A stretch of DNA of 64,000 bases from Octopus sinensis (GCF_006345805.1 NC_043002.1:96100001-96164000); one strand, 5' to 3'. Shown: positions 16,942 to 29,423, counted from the first letter of the stretch. Numbers and translations: made by a program. Notes: generated from the letters alone by a model not told the origin.

Positions 16942-17284
16942 AAATCCAACAAATAAATGACGCCATATACTGCAGGTAGTTTCAAATTCGAGATGTGTAC
17001 TTAAATTCTTACTCCAAAAAAAGAATCTGAATTAAATTTTAAATTACAAACATTGAAACTGAAATTTACAAAAGCTTATCTCGATTAGATATCCTTTTCC
17101 ATTTTTTAAAATTTGGTTTTGGGCATTCAATTTATCACTTATTCTGGTCCTCCTCCCATCCTACCCATGGTTTTAATTATCAACAGTTAAGTATTAGTAT
17201 TATGAAATTTTGCTTGACTTTGCAAGGTTTAGGTCATAAAATATTATCAAGAAATCATTCCTAAGATATTCAACCTCAATTATA

Positions 17285-17500
17285 TATGCGAGCGAGCGCA
17301 CGCACTTACACACACATATACGCACGCACTTACACACACATATATACGCACGCACACATACACATACGCGCGCACGCACAGATATACGCACGTGCATACA
17401 TACACATATACGTGCACACACACATACATATACGTGCATACATACACATATATACGTACACACGCACACAGACGCGCGCGCGCGCGCACACACACACTCG
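17285..17500. repeat. CA/CG-rich alternating purine-pyrimidine tract including (CG)7
   Basis: ACGCAC/ACAC repeats; (CG)7 at 17473-17486. Confidence 0.9.
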
Positions 17501-18826
17501 AAGACTTATTGCTAAGAGCTTCTTAAAATAGTTTTAAGAATTCTTGAGACAAAGATAAAAGAGCATATCAAATTAGGTTAAAACCTCTCAACAATGATTG
17601 CATTAGGACTTTTTTTTTCTCTTTATTGAATGGGTGAGGGGGTTCTGGAGAAAGGGATGTATGCTTATGGCTTTCACAGGCACTTAAACCAATATTTTTA
17701 AAGAAAATGTGTTGTTTGAAAACTGTAAAATAAATGGCCACAAATACAGAATACTGTTTTCAGTCTCTTTCATATTAAATAAAACAAAATCATCTCTTTT
17801 TGTATTTTTGATTGTGAAAAATAGTTTAAAAGACATCAGAACAATAGATCATAAGCAATTGTCTTGCGAGATAGGCGTGGAAAATATAAATAAAATTATG
17901 TATTCAATGTGCCTTAACAGATGTGCAAAATGTTTGGTTTTTGTAAAAACCGCACAGCATGCACCCACTAATGAATTGTGTTTGTGGATTGAGGAACAAA
18001 TAATGCATTTTTGTATGTATGTATGAATGTATGTATGTATGTTAAGGTCCTGGGTTTGATCCCTCTGTACAACATCTAAGGTTGGGTGGATCCAAACTTT
18101 GTAAGAAAATATATTTTTTTAATAGTCTTTTTGGTTTTTTAACATCTAAAAAAATTTTCATTATACTTTCTTCCTGAAATATCTGTATGCTTTAATTTGA
18201 CAAATTTTAACAAATGTGTAAATCTCTGAAACCTGACAAAATATATACAATATAAAAGAAAGGAAAGAAATGAGGAGACCACTATGTAGTCACTTAGTAT
18301 TCTAGAAACAGAAGTCAAATTCCCATCTCGAATCAAAACCCATTGCCTCATAAGAACACATTAGATAATTTAGTTTCTAAATCTGCTTTCTCAAGGGGCG
18401 GAAGAAAAAACATGATGGTCAAGGCTGTAAGACTTTTGATCATAGTCTGCTTGCTATCTGACCTTTAATCATTTCTATAGTATCTTTGATCATAAACTTT
18501 GCTTATGGGTTGACCTTTAGGTTGTAATGCCTTTTGATCAAGGTCTGCCTATGAGCTAATCTGGCCTATACAACAAAATCAAGAAAAAGGACAAGTATCT
18601 GAAGAGAACTGGAACAATACCACAGAAACTTTGAAACAGCCTGCAAATACAAGTTCAGTTGGGAAAAATCTCTGCACAGCAGAAGCCAGCAGGTTACAGG
18701 GGGCATCAGGAGAGAATGCACAGTTTTGGGGCCTTCCTCTCGGTAGCCTTACAGCACACCAGTTCCCCCTCCTTCACCTATTGTTTCGACTGACTAGTAT
18801 TCAACCATATGTCCATTTTGGGATTA

Positions 18827-19100
18827 TCACCTCTCTAGCCAGATTTTGTTATTCCTTTTCGGCCATGTCCAATGGCTGGATCTCATTCAAGATGGCATTT
18901 GCTTGCCAATGTTGGTTACCAATTGATAGCAGCCACCATATCGGTCTGATTTCAATAAAACCCCTATATCCATCTTCTACAGGGATGTGTACTGCACTCC
19001 AACCATCTTCCATACAGTCTTCTAGCAGCTCATCATTACTCTCATCTTTCCTAACCTGGGCTGCATCTAAAATGTTGTGTGGAAAAATTAGTTCAACAAA
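18827..19100 (-). mobile_element. Degenerate 3' end of a HERO-like (R2-group) non-LTR retrotransposon, restriction-like endonuclease region
   Basis: Minus translation VELIFP...RK...ELLEDCMEDGWSAVHIPVEDGYRGF...AEK, then frameshifted KIWLER*, resembles the HERO-type pattern ELTVP..ERK..Y.ELVEEC...GW....P.EVGCRGF...AE.ASRWLW.RR (pattern recalled, not searched). Confidence 0.68.
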
Positions 19101-19171
19101 ACTACAGAACAAGTAAAAATCCATCAAACAATAAATATATTAAAAAAACCATCACTAATTGTCAATAGATA

Positions 19172-19330
19172 TAGGCATGGCTGTGTGGTAAGAAGCTTGC
19201 TTCCCAACCAAATGGTTTCAAGTTCAGTCTCACTGCGTGACACATTGAGCAAGTGTCTTCTACTATAGCTTTGGACTGACCAAAGACTTATTAGTGCATT
19301 TGGTAGATGGAAACTGAAAGAAGCTTGTTG

Positions 19331-19373
<43 letters not shown>

Positions 19374-19570
19374 TTGCGTGTGTATGTGTATCTATGTGTC
19401 TGTTTGTTCACCCACCACTGCTTGACAACCAGTATTGGTGTATTTACATCCCTGTGACATAGCAGTTTGACAAAAGAGAATGATAGAAAAAGTACCAGGC
19501 CTTTTTAAAAAATAAGTACAGGGTTGATTCATTCAACAAAAATTTCTTTGAAGGGTGTTTTGCAGTGACT
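19172..19570 (+). mobile_element. tRNA-derived SINE (family A), diverged
   Basis: GGCTGTGTGGTAAGAAGCTTGCTT head, GCAAGTGTCTTCTACTATAGC, internal (TG)n, GACAACC..GGTGT..AAGTAC core as in 43344-43731. Confidence 0.85.
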
Positions 19571-19899
19571 GGGACCAAATGTTCCTCCATAGGACCTAAA
19601 TGTGTTAGTGACATAAAATTAATCTTGGCAAATTTGATCTTATCCTATAATCATCAGTGTAATCTTAATAGTTTTAGTTTTGAGAACTTTAAATCAATAA
19701 AAATTATAGAGGGATCAAAATTTAAAATTTTCATGGGATTTCAATACCTAGTGAGTTATCTTTCTCTTTTTACTTGTTTCAGTCTTTTGACTACTGCCAT
19801 GCTAGGGCACCTCTTTAACGGGTTTTTGTGAACAATTATTTTTTAAGTCTTGTATTTACTCTATTGATCTCTATTGCTGAACCAATAAGCTGTGGAAAC

Positions 19900-20782
19900 A
19901 AGGAATTTGCATCGCCAGCCTGGAACCCTTATCTTGCTCAAGACATTTACCTATTTCTTTATTACCCACAAGGGGCTAAACATAGAGGGGACAAACAAGG
20001 ATAGACAAACATATTAAGTCGATTACATCGACCCCAGTGCGTAACTGGTATTTAATTTATTGACCCCGAAAGGATGAAAGGCAAAGTCAACCTCGGCGGA
20101 ATTTGAGCTCAGATTTAATGGCAGATGAAATACTGCATTTCGCCTGGCGAGCTGGGAGAAACGTTAGCATGCCAGGTGAAATGCAGTATTTTGTCTGCCA
20201 TTACGTCTGAGTTCAAATCCCACGTGCTAACGTTTCTGCCAGCTCACCGCCTCAGGACATTTACCTCCTGGGAATTATTCGGAGATGTGCAATCAAGTGA
20301 ATACCCTCCATCAGGCATCTACCATACTCTGAACGCCTTGCTTCCCTGGGCATAGATACATTGAAGCTCCAACATCTGGCAACTGACTTAGTAAATACCC
20401 ACAAAATTATTAGCCATCGTGCCAGCAACCACCTTGAACACCTTTTTGAGCTCCATATATCTAACACAAAGGGCATGCCTACAAAGTCAGAAAACAGCTC
20501 CCATGACTGTCAAACATTTTTCACACTCAGTTGCTGAAGCATGGAACAAACAGTTGTTAGTTGCTGAGACATTGCATCCCTTAAAACTGCTATGCTTCTT
20601 GAAATTCGCTAACACTACACCTGATATCCCCGCCTTCATACGCATGCACACATGTATATCACGACTCAATCACTGTTCACTTTCCTGACTTTTATACATA
20701 ATTTTATGTACTGTACATGCACTTTTGAGTTGTGGTGCACCTAAGCACTATACACAATGATTTCATTGTTATCATTATTATA
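19900..20782 (+). mobile_element. CR1/L2-like LINE 3' fragment interrupted by a SINE
   Basis: GGAATTTGCATC...TGGAACCC.TATCTTGC at 19901 and 20266-20780 align with 53985-54567; ends in an (ATT)-like tail. Confidence 0.85.
19952..20251 (-). mobile_element. SINE (family B) with 14-bp TSD and internal inverted duplication
   Basis: TSD TCAAGACATTTACC (19938-19951) / TCAGGACATTTACC (20252-20265); body matches 57474-57704. Confidence 0.9.
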
Positions 20783-20908
20783 AATAAGCCATCACTAGCT
20801 GTCAAGCAGCAGGAGGGTACAAACACACATTATCATCATCATGTAATGTCTATCTTCCATGCATGAATGGGTAGGACAGTTGACAGAAGACTACCCCATT
20901 ATATATAT

Positions 20909-21200
20909 GGGCAAGTGTCTTCTACTCTAGTCTCAGGCTGACCAAAGCCTAGTGAGTGGATTTGGTAGATGGAAACTGAAAGAAGCTTGTTGATATGTTT
21001 GTGTGTCTGTGTTTGTCCCCCAACATCACTTGACAACCGATGCTGGTGTGTTTATGTTGCCCCAAAACTTAGTGGTTCAGCAAAAGAGACCGATAGAATA
21101 AGTACCAGGTTTACAAGGAATAGGTCCTGGGGTCGATTTGCTCAACTAAAGGCAGTGCTCCAGCTTGGCTGCAATCAAATAACTGAAACAAGTAAAAGAA
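20909..21200 (+). mobile_element. SINE family A, 5'-truncated
   Basis: GGGCAAGTGTCTTCTACT...GAGACCGATAGAATAAGTAC...ACTGAAACAAGTAAAAGA as in other copies. Confidence 0.85.
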
Positions 21201-21250
21201 TATAAAAATGTGTGAGTGTGGAGCATGATCTTTGAATATTTGGCCTCACA

Positions 21251-21541
21251 GGGGCAATGACAAGTGACCAAGACCTTTGGCGATATGCCGAGCTTGAGAA
21301 AACCCGTCAAGCCAAGTGAAATTGTAGTTGTGGCTGACGCCAGTGTCACGTAGCTGACACCTGTGCCAGTGATATGTAAAAAACACCCATTATACTCTTG
21401 GAGTGGTTGGCATTAGAAAGGGTATCCTGCTATGGAAACCATGCCAAATCAGATTGGAACCTGTTGCAGCTCTCCAGCTTACCAGATTTCAGTCAAACCG
21501 TCTAATCCATGTCAGCATGGAAAACATGCTAAATGATGATC
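21251..21541 (+). mobile_element. RTE-type LINE 3' end fragment
   Basis: GGCAATGACAAGTGACCAAGACC, GAGTGGTTGGCATTAGAAAGGG and ATGATGAT tail shared with the 3' part of 31301-32815. Confidence 0.75.
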
Positions 21542-22219
21542 ACACACACATGCATGCGCACAATGGTCTTCTACACAGTTTTTGGTGTACCAAATTTATT
21601 CAAAGGGTATTGATCAGTCTGAGGCTGTAGTAGGAGACACTTGCTCAAGGTGTCTTGTAGTAGGATTGATCCTACAACCTTGCACTTACACACACAACCA
21701 TGTCTGTGCTTGGTTAGGTGATGAATACTAAATATTTGTAAACTTATGTTCGCTTTTGAAAGTACCATGTGATAGATCCTTTGTAGATTTTGATGATAAG
21801 CATTCAGTTGTTTGATCAACTAAATTCCTATCATCATCATCATCATCGTCGTTTAGCGTAACTTGTATGAGGTTGTGTGTTCCAGACGTATACTTTAATG
21901 CAGGTCAAATCAAGGTGACACTGTCTTGACAATTCCAGGCACAATTGAGAGAGAGAGAGAGAGCACACTTGACCTTGGTACCCAACTGGTACATTGACTT
22001 CAAAAGGTAAACTTAGCAAGATTGGCTTCCACAAGATTGGCTTCCACAAGATTTGAACTCAAAGTGCTGGGGGCTGGAGTAAATACTACAATGGTTTATT
22101 CTGAGTCAATTTGCCATATGAACAGCTAGTGTACACAACAAAAATGTGCCATCTATGTAGGTATGGTAGTAGACCTTACTCAGATTAAAACGTTTATTAT
22201 TAGATATTAAGAAGTAGGT

Positions 22220-22562
22220 GCAGGCATGGTTGTGGTAAAATTTGCTTCCAGCCATATGGTTCTGGGTTCAGCTCCACTGTGGCAAGTGTTTTCTGCTATA
22301 GCTCCAGGACAACCAAAGCCTTATAAGTGGATTTGTTTGATAGAAACTGAAAAAAGCGAGCTGGCAGAATCGTTAGCACGCTGGGCGAAATGCGGAGCCA
22401 TATTTCGTGTGCCATTACGTTCTGAGTTCAAATTCCGCCAAGGTTGACTTTGCCTTTCATCCTTTCGGGGTCGATAAATTAAGGACCAGTTACACTCTGG
22501 GGTCAATATAATAGGCTTAACGTGTTTGTCTGTCCTTGTTTGTCCTCTCAGTGTTTAGCCCC
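22220..22562 (+). mobile_element. Adjacent SINEs: family A head (22220-22352) followed by family B copy (22356-22562)
   Basis: CAGGCATGGTTGTGG head truncated at GAAACTGAAA, then GCGAGCTGGCAGAATCGTTAGCACG...GTGTTTAGCCCC. Confidence 0.8.
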
Positions 22563-25055
22563 TCAGAATGTAGTGGCAGGCGAAATACCGCTGAGCATTT
22601 CATCCAGCATGATAATGGTCCTGCCAGTTCGCCACCTTATGGAGATAATAATGCAAATAAACAGATAAAACCACTCTTTACCCTGCAGACTTAGTCTTTG
22701 ATAAAGATTTCAGAGTGTAAGTTCAAATCTTTTGAGTGCCTACTGTTTTCTACATTGAGCATCTCTGGATCTCATCTGTTAACTCTAAGGTATATGAATA
22801 CAACTGTATAAAAATTACTGTTATGTACTTACCATATAGCAAATATATAGTGTTTTAGGTATATGTAAGTAGAATCAACTTGGCTTTCATTTGTTCTTGT
22901 GTATGTATGTGTGTGTGTGCATTCAATATAGTGGCTTGCATTAGGAAGGGTGTCTACCTAGAGAAACCAATTGAAATGCCACACAAGTACCAGTCTGTGA
23001 GAGCAGTAGCTTACAATAAGAAATTATGTTGGCAAAGAAAAGATGTTCAACCCATGCCAGCACAGAAAGCAGTTGTTAAATGATGATAATAGTGCATACG
23101 ATCTAGTTTCATCAACCTTATTAGAGTATTAGTTAAGTTAGTATTAGCACTTAATGTAGGAGGGCATTAAATGTTATCTAGAAACAGTTATCATTACAGA
23201 ATTTCCCCAAACAAAATTTTGATCATGCATTTTTTTTTTATATCTAAAACAGTAAATTCCATAGCTCTTTGGCTCTCTTTTGGTCTAGGGTTTAAAGAAT
23301 ACAATAAATGAAGTCAGTGTTCAATTTGAATTGCAGAAAAAAAAATACAAAGTAAGATATAGAAAGGGGAAGTAGATAGTTTAGTTCTGGACAGAAAAGT
23401 GGTCAAATTTCTTTAGTTAAGGTTCTGATACATGGTTAAACAATTTTTTTAATGGTATTAAAAATTGTTTTTACTGAAAAAAAAAAAAATTTTTTTTAAA
23501 TAACATGGTAAATAATAAAAATAAAAAAGAAATTAAATCCTGAAAAAGCCTCAAAAACAACTCTTTCAGACATTACTCCCGTTGCTAAAATATGAAATAA
23601 CAACTTTTGTTGGCAAAAACAAGAATTAACTTGGATAATCTATGTTGGTTTTTGAAGAATTTACTATTCAAGGAATGCTGAGTAAGAGTATTCACCATAA
23701 TCAGTGATGCACTTGCAGAAATTCTTTTGAACTGCAGGAGATTTCATAAACCTGTGATGCATAAGCTCCAAATTATAGCATTGTGCAGATGAAGTGAATC
23801 AACCACCACTAGCACCATCTCCAGACTACATATTTGTCTATCACAGTTAATACACTTCTACTGCTAATGTGAACTGAGGCATGTCCTCAGAGAGATTGCA
23901 AACTATATGTTGCAGTGTACTTTTTTTCAGTCTATTTTGAATGATAGAGTGGTTTATACTAGCAACATTATGTAAGAATTAGATAAAATATACGGTAAAA
24001 AGAGGCCCAACAAATTAATCCAACTATTGCTAATATGAATAATGAATTTTAAGCTGTAAAAAGCATTGGGTGGGGTAAGCAACGAGCTTTTCTTTTTTTC
24101 CTTTTTCTTTTTTTGCTGTTTATTAGTTATATAACCAGAACAATTTTATTCTAGCAGTAGTTCAAAAATGTGTTACATAATAACAACTGCACTATCAGTT
24201 GAATATTTCTTTTTCTTTTTTTCTTTTCTCTTTTTTTTCTTTTTTTTTTTTTGGCGGTTGTCATCACCACATCAACTTTGTTATTATCAGTTAAATAATT
24301 TTTTTTTAATATTATATTGTTCTGAAAAACATCAGACATGTTGGTGTCAAACATTCCAACTAGGACCATCCTGTCTTTTTAAAATTAACCTATCCTTTTG
24401 TATGACAGTATGGTGTGATTAGGAGGATCATTCATCTTTTCATATATCTTTATCCTGTGGACATATTTTGTCCTGCAATGTTTCATTTTGTAATATCTAA
24501 TATAACTGTTCTCATGAAAAATGTTGAAATGCCATTTTGTTGTTTGACATGCAGTAAGTATTTGAAAAAAATCATTAAAATTTTTTTTTAAATAAATATT
24601 TACAATGTTCTGAATTTTCTATTAATTCATTAGGGAGGGTCAGTGTATTTAACAGCATCCCTTTGAGATTAAGAGGACAATAGGTGACTCCAGTAATTAA
24701 CAATGGATTTGTTATGTAATTACTTAAAATATGGTGCAAATTCTAGTTGTAAGGTAATTCCTTGAAAATAAGTTTGTGTTTTGGATGAATAAAAGAAAAT
24801 ATGTTGACTAAAATTGGAACATTAAGTGCTAATACTAACTTAAATAATACTCTAATAAGGTTGATGAAACTAGATAGTATGCACTATTATCATCATTTAA
24901 CATCTGCCTTGTGTGCTGGCATGGGTTGAACATCTTTTCATTGCCAACATAATTTCTTATTGTAAGCTACTGCTCTCACAGACTGGTACTTGTGTGACAT
25001 TTCAATTGGTTTCTCTAGGTAGACACCCTTCCTAATGCAAGCCACTGTATTGAAT

Positions 25056-25091
<36 letters not shown>

Positions 25092-25489
25092 AAGAACAAA
25101 TGAAAGCCAAGTTGATTCTACTTACATATACCTAAAAATTTATTAATATTTTTTTTTGTATAAATAAAAAAAAATCATTTGACAATAAACTATGAAATTA
25201 TTTGCAGGAATTATAATGCTGTAGTTGGAGTTCTAGTTTGAACAGATAAATTAAAATTCAGCATAACATGAAAAACATTTGAAATACACATAACTGTAGC
25301 AATGTTGTAAATTAAAATAAGGAAGTTTACTAAATATATCTTGAATGAAAATCTCAGAGCTATATTATAGCATTTGAAATATAAGCTGTGTGTGTTTAAA
25401 TATTGTACCTTCTCAAAGTGTAAGGAAATTTCTTTTTTTTTTTCCGCATAACTGGCATGTAAAAAGTACCTTTCTAGCATTGGGCCTCA

Positions 25490-25816
25490 TGGAGGCAATA
25501 TGGCCAATGCAAGTGGGCTTCACAGAGGCAATGACAAATGACCAAGACCTTTGGTGTTATGCCTTGCTTGAGAAGACCCATCAAACCAAGTGAAATCGTA
25601 GTCATGGAAGATACTGGTGTCGTGCAACTGGCACATGCTGATGGGACATAAAAGCACCCATTACCCTTTCAGAGTGGTTGGCATTAGGAAGGGCATCCAG
25701 CCATAAAAACCATGGCAAATCAAACTGGAGTTTGGTGCAGCTCCTCTGCTTACCAGCCCTGGTTAAACCATCCAGCCCATGCCAGCATGGAAAATGGATG
25801 TTGATGATGATGATGA
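25490..25816 (+). mobile_element. RTE-type LINE 3' end fragment
   Basis: GAGGCAATGACAAATGACCAAGACC...GAGTGGTTGGCATTAGGAAGGGCATCCAG...(GAT)n tail. Confidence 0.8.
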
Positions 25817-26292
25817 TTATCCTTTTGCCTATCCAAAACATTTTCATACACTTGTCTTAGACATCCATATTTGTATTCAGGCTCTTAGTTAGCCCTTGTT
25901 TCATGCACTCTGGGTAATATAAAGCTTTTCTTTCATAAGTCTCAAGTTACTCAGGTGGTTGAAGAAAATTAAGAATGTGTATCATATATTGCATGAACAC
26001 CAGGGAAAAATGCCCTCCATAACACGTGTAATACAGAGGACAAACAGTGTTAATTGAACAATGCCATAATTTCTTATGCATGTTACTAATTTATGGCTTA
26101 CACGATTAAATTTCCTCTTGAAATTTCATAACATCACTTCCAAATATTTTAATGCAATGTGTGCTCACTGGTTTCTATGTAACAAGTGTTAACTGCAAAG
26201 ATAGCAGCAGTTGGCCATTAATAACGGCTGAATTGAACAAACCTTTTCTAGAGTTAGCATCAACCAGACAGGTGTTCATAGCATCATAGCAT

Positions 26293-26334
<42 letters not shown>

Positions 26335-26336
<2 letters not shown>

Positions 26337-26792
26337 TGGCCGTTCGTCAGCCTCATCTGGCACCTGTGTCGGTGGCACATAAAAAACACCATCCGAGCGT
26401 GGCCGTTCGTCAGCCTCATCTGGCACCTGTGTCGGTGGCACATAAAAAACACCATCCGAGCGTGGCCGTTCGTCAGCCTCATCTGGCACCTGTGTCGGTG
26501 GCACATAAAAAACACCATCCGAGCATGGCCGTTCGTCAGCCTCATCTGGCACCTGTGTTGGTGGCACATAAAAAACATCATCCGAGCGTGGCTGTTCGCC
26601 AGCCTCGTCTGGCACCTGCGTCGGTGGCACATAAAATCACCCACTACACTCTCGGAGTGGTTGGCGTTAGGAAGGGCATCCAGCTGTAGAAACACTGCCA
26701 GATCTGACTGGCCTGGTGCAGCCTTCGGGCTCCCCAGACCCCAGTTGAACCGTCCAACCCATTCTAGCATGGAAAGCGGACGTTAAATGATG
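26335..26792 (+). mobile_element. RTE-related 3' element with internal 63-bp tandem array (~5 units), inserted between (TA)n tracts
   Basis: Unit CGTGGCCGTTCGTCAGCCTCATCTGGCACCTGTGTCGGTGGCACATAAAAAACACCATCCGAG starts at 26335, 26398, 26461, 26524, 26587; then the conserved CACTCTCGGAGTGGTTGGCGTTAGGAAGGG...ATGATG end. Confidence 0.88.
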
Positions 26793-26834
26793 ATATATAT
26801 ATATATACATGCATGCATGCATACAGACACACAC

Positions 26835-28090
26835 AAACAGGACCATATCCCACAATGCTTTTGCAGTGCCAATGCTAGTACTAACATTTGGAATATTGGA
26901 CTGGACACTTGACAAAATATGCAGCCTAGACATCAAAATCAGAAAAGTACTAGCCACCACTGGCAACTTCCATATTAATAGTGACACTGATAGGATCTAT
27001 GTGAAATGAGATGGTGGAAGTAGGGGTATAAAGTCAGTCCAAACAACCTTTGAATGTCGCATTGTATCACACAGACAACACCTGCTGAACAGTAAAGAAA
27101 GAAATGAGTACATTCCATGCATATTCAAAAGTGATAGTAACAACATCTTCAGAGTTGGAGAACTACTGTGCAAGTACTTTGAGAATACAATTGTCTCATG
27201 CGAACTAAAGGAGGCTGAACTGGCCTACTTAAACAGAAGCCTGGAGGAGAAGCAGACATCATACTTACGAAAAGCAATGCATGGGTACATATTCTGTAAG
27301 TTAGGGGGCAACAAGAGCATTGATAGGAAGTGTAGCCTCTCTTGGACTTGTGATAAATAGATTACATCCCACCTAAAAGATATGCCTTTGCTATCCATAA
27401 ACAGGGCATAGTCCTTAAATACCTGATAAGCAAGAGGGACAAAGACATCACCAAACCTCCATGCTGTAATAAAAAATGTTGCCTCTGCTATGCAGGTGTG
27501 AAAAATATTACCCACATCAGCAGCTGCCCCAAAATGTCTATGAGACACTTACCTGCCTCTGAAGTATGATATAGTTGCAAAGACTATTTACAATGCTATC
27601 TGCAGGAAGAACTGCCCTGATGTATACATCAAAGGCATGTCAGAACCTGCAGGTATTCATGCCTTTAAAAACAAGGAATACTGGTGGAATACTCCAATAA
27701 AAAACAGCAACTCATTGCAAACATAAGAGACCTGATATTGTTCTGTTGGACAGGGAGCTAAAGTCATGCTCTGTTGTGGAGGTCAGCTGCCTGGCAGATG
27801 CGAATGTACACTCAAAAGTCCAGGAAAAAGAGAGAACTTATAGCTCTTGTACCTTGACTTTAAATTCTCGTTTGTACCCATCGTCATAGGTACATTATGT
27901 TATGTACCAACAAATTTACACAATAAACTAGAAATACTCAATTTCACAAAGAGCAAAAGAAACTGACGCAATTTCTCCAAATCCAACCTATTAGTGGCAC
28001 AGGGAAAATTTTCGTTAGACATTCCCAAAATTCTCCATCAGATTTTTATGTGATTAGATGCTCACACTTGGGTGTATGAACTTACATTTC
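26835..28090 (+). mobile_element. Degenerate R4/Dong-like non-LTR retrotransposon 3' half (post-RT region, CCHC knuckle, RLE endonuclease)
   Basis: NAFAVPMLVLTFGILDW..LDIKIRKVL..GNFHINSDTDRIYVK*DGGSRGIKS; KCCLC..H.SSCPK at 27474-27530; RPDIVLLDRELKSCSVVEVSC...QEK at 27728-27840; many stops and frameshifts. Confidence 0.78.
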
Positions 28091-28199
28091 AACCAACTCA
28101 CCAACATATTTACAAACGGCAGGAAATCTCTTAAGTCTTGCTTTGTTAGCCCCTGGCTTGAACTCTCTTAAGATCTTTAATAAAACTCAAGGGAAAAAC

Positions 28200-28887
28200 A
28201 TGCATGCTTACATATGTGCATACATGCATAACTGTACATACATTGCATACAGTACATTGCATTGCACACATACATTATATGCACTGCACTACAACACTGC
28301 GCTACATGCACTACATACATACACTAGATACATACGCACATACGTACACTGCATAACGCATGTGCACCCACTACGCACACATGCATGCTCACTACACACG
28401 CACCAACACTACACACACCCACACTACACTACATGTACACACACGCTACAACTACACACACTACATACACTCCCCCCCACACACACTACATGCATACACA
28501 CGCACACACTACATGCATACACACATACACACTACATGCACATACTACATGCATACACACACACTACAAACATACATACACACACACTACAAACATACAT
28601 ACACACACACTACATATACACACACACTACATATACACACACACTACATATACACACACACACTACATATACACACACACACTACATATACACACACACA
28701 CACACACTACATACACACACACTACATATACACATACACACACTACATATACACACACACACACACTACATATACACACACACACACTACATATACACAC
28801 ACATACACTACATATACACACACACACACTACATATACACACACATACACTACATATACACACACACTACACATATACTCTACATAT

Positions 28888-28930
<43 letters not shown>

Positions 28931-28975
28931 TACACACACACACACACTCTGCATACATACAAATGGATGTATACA
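28200..28975. repeat. CA-rich microsatellite/minisatellite (ACACACACTACATAT-type units)
   Basis: Visible tandem CACACTACATATA units; HT/HY-repeat ORFs are artefacts. Confidence 0.93.
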
Positions 28976-29423
28976 TACACATATGTGGCCCAGCAGTAAA
29001 GTTATCCTGGACTGCCTTTTTTTTTCTACTTTCATTACCAAACTTACCACACCTCAACTTCAAACTTCTCTAGAACTCCCTCTCTGCCAGTAACATCATG
29101 TAAATGATCAAACTGAACAGTAAATGCATCATCAACCTTAAACAAAGGAGCTCCTTCATGGGCACCTGACTTACTAGAAACAGCAACCAAATCTTCCCCC
29201 AGGCCACAGCTTACTGGCTATGCCATGATAAAGGAAGACAGTGTAGTCTCTGATATACAAAAACAGGCTGGTTACAGTGAGAACATTTTTCATTGGTTGG
29301 GGGATAAACAATGACAACTTTAGTGTGATACGGCCTGAAAAAATTTATGGGTTGTACCATCAATCCTCAGACTAAATAAAAAATGTTAAAAGGAAGGCAT
29401 AACTATTTGGAAACTTGGAAATA

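Noticed and set aside
16969-16985. Alternative first-exon donor ACTGCAG|GTAGTT after ATG ACG CCA
   Set aside because: Phase 1 is incompatible with the phase-2 acceptor at 30079 unless an unseen exon intervenes; weaker donor than 16936.
19065-19110. Minus-strand LFCSFVELIFPHNI resembling LONRF VLCNLVEKIFPRHV (inverted partial gene duplicate?)
   Set aside because: The similarity is limited to ~14 residues with no RING; the downstream residues fit an RLE retrotransposon much better.
18631-19116. 161-aa plus-strand ORF
   Set aside because: Antisense shadow of the retroelement relic; no recognisable motif or splice support.
26335-26641. 63-bp repeats as a CRISPR array or repeat protein
   Set aside because: Units are contiguous with no unique spacers, there are no cas genes, the context is eukaryotic, and they lie within a retroelement 3' region.
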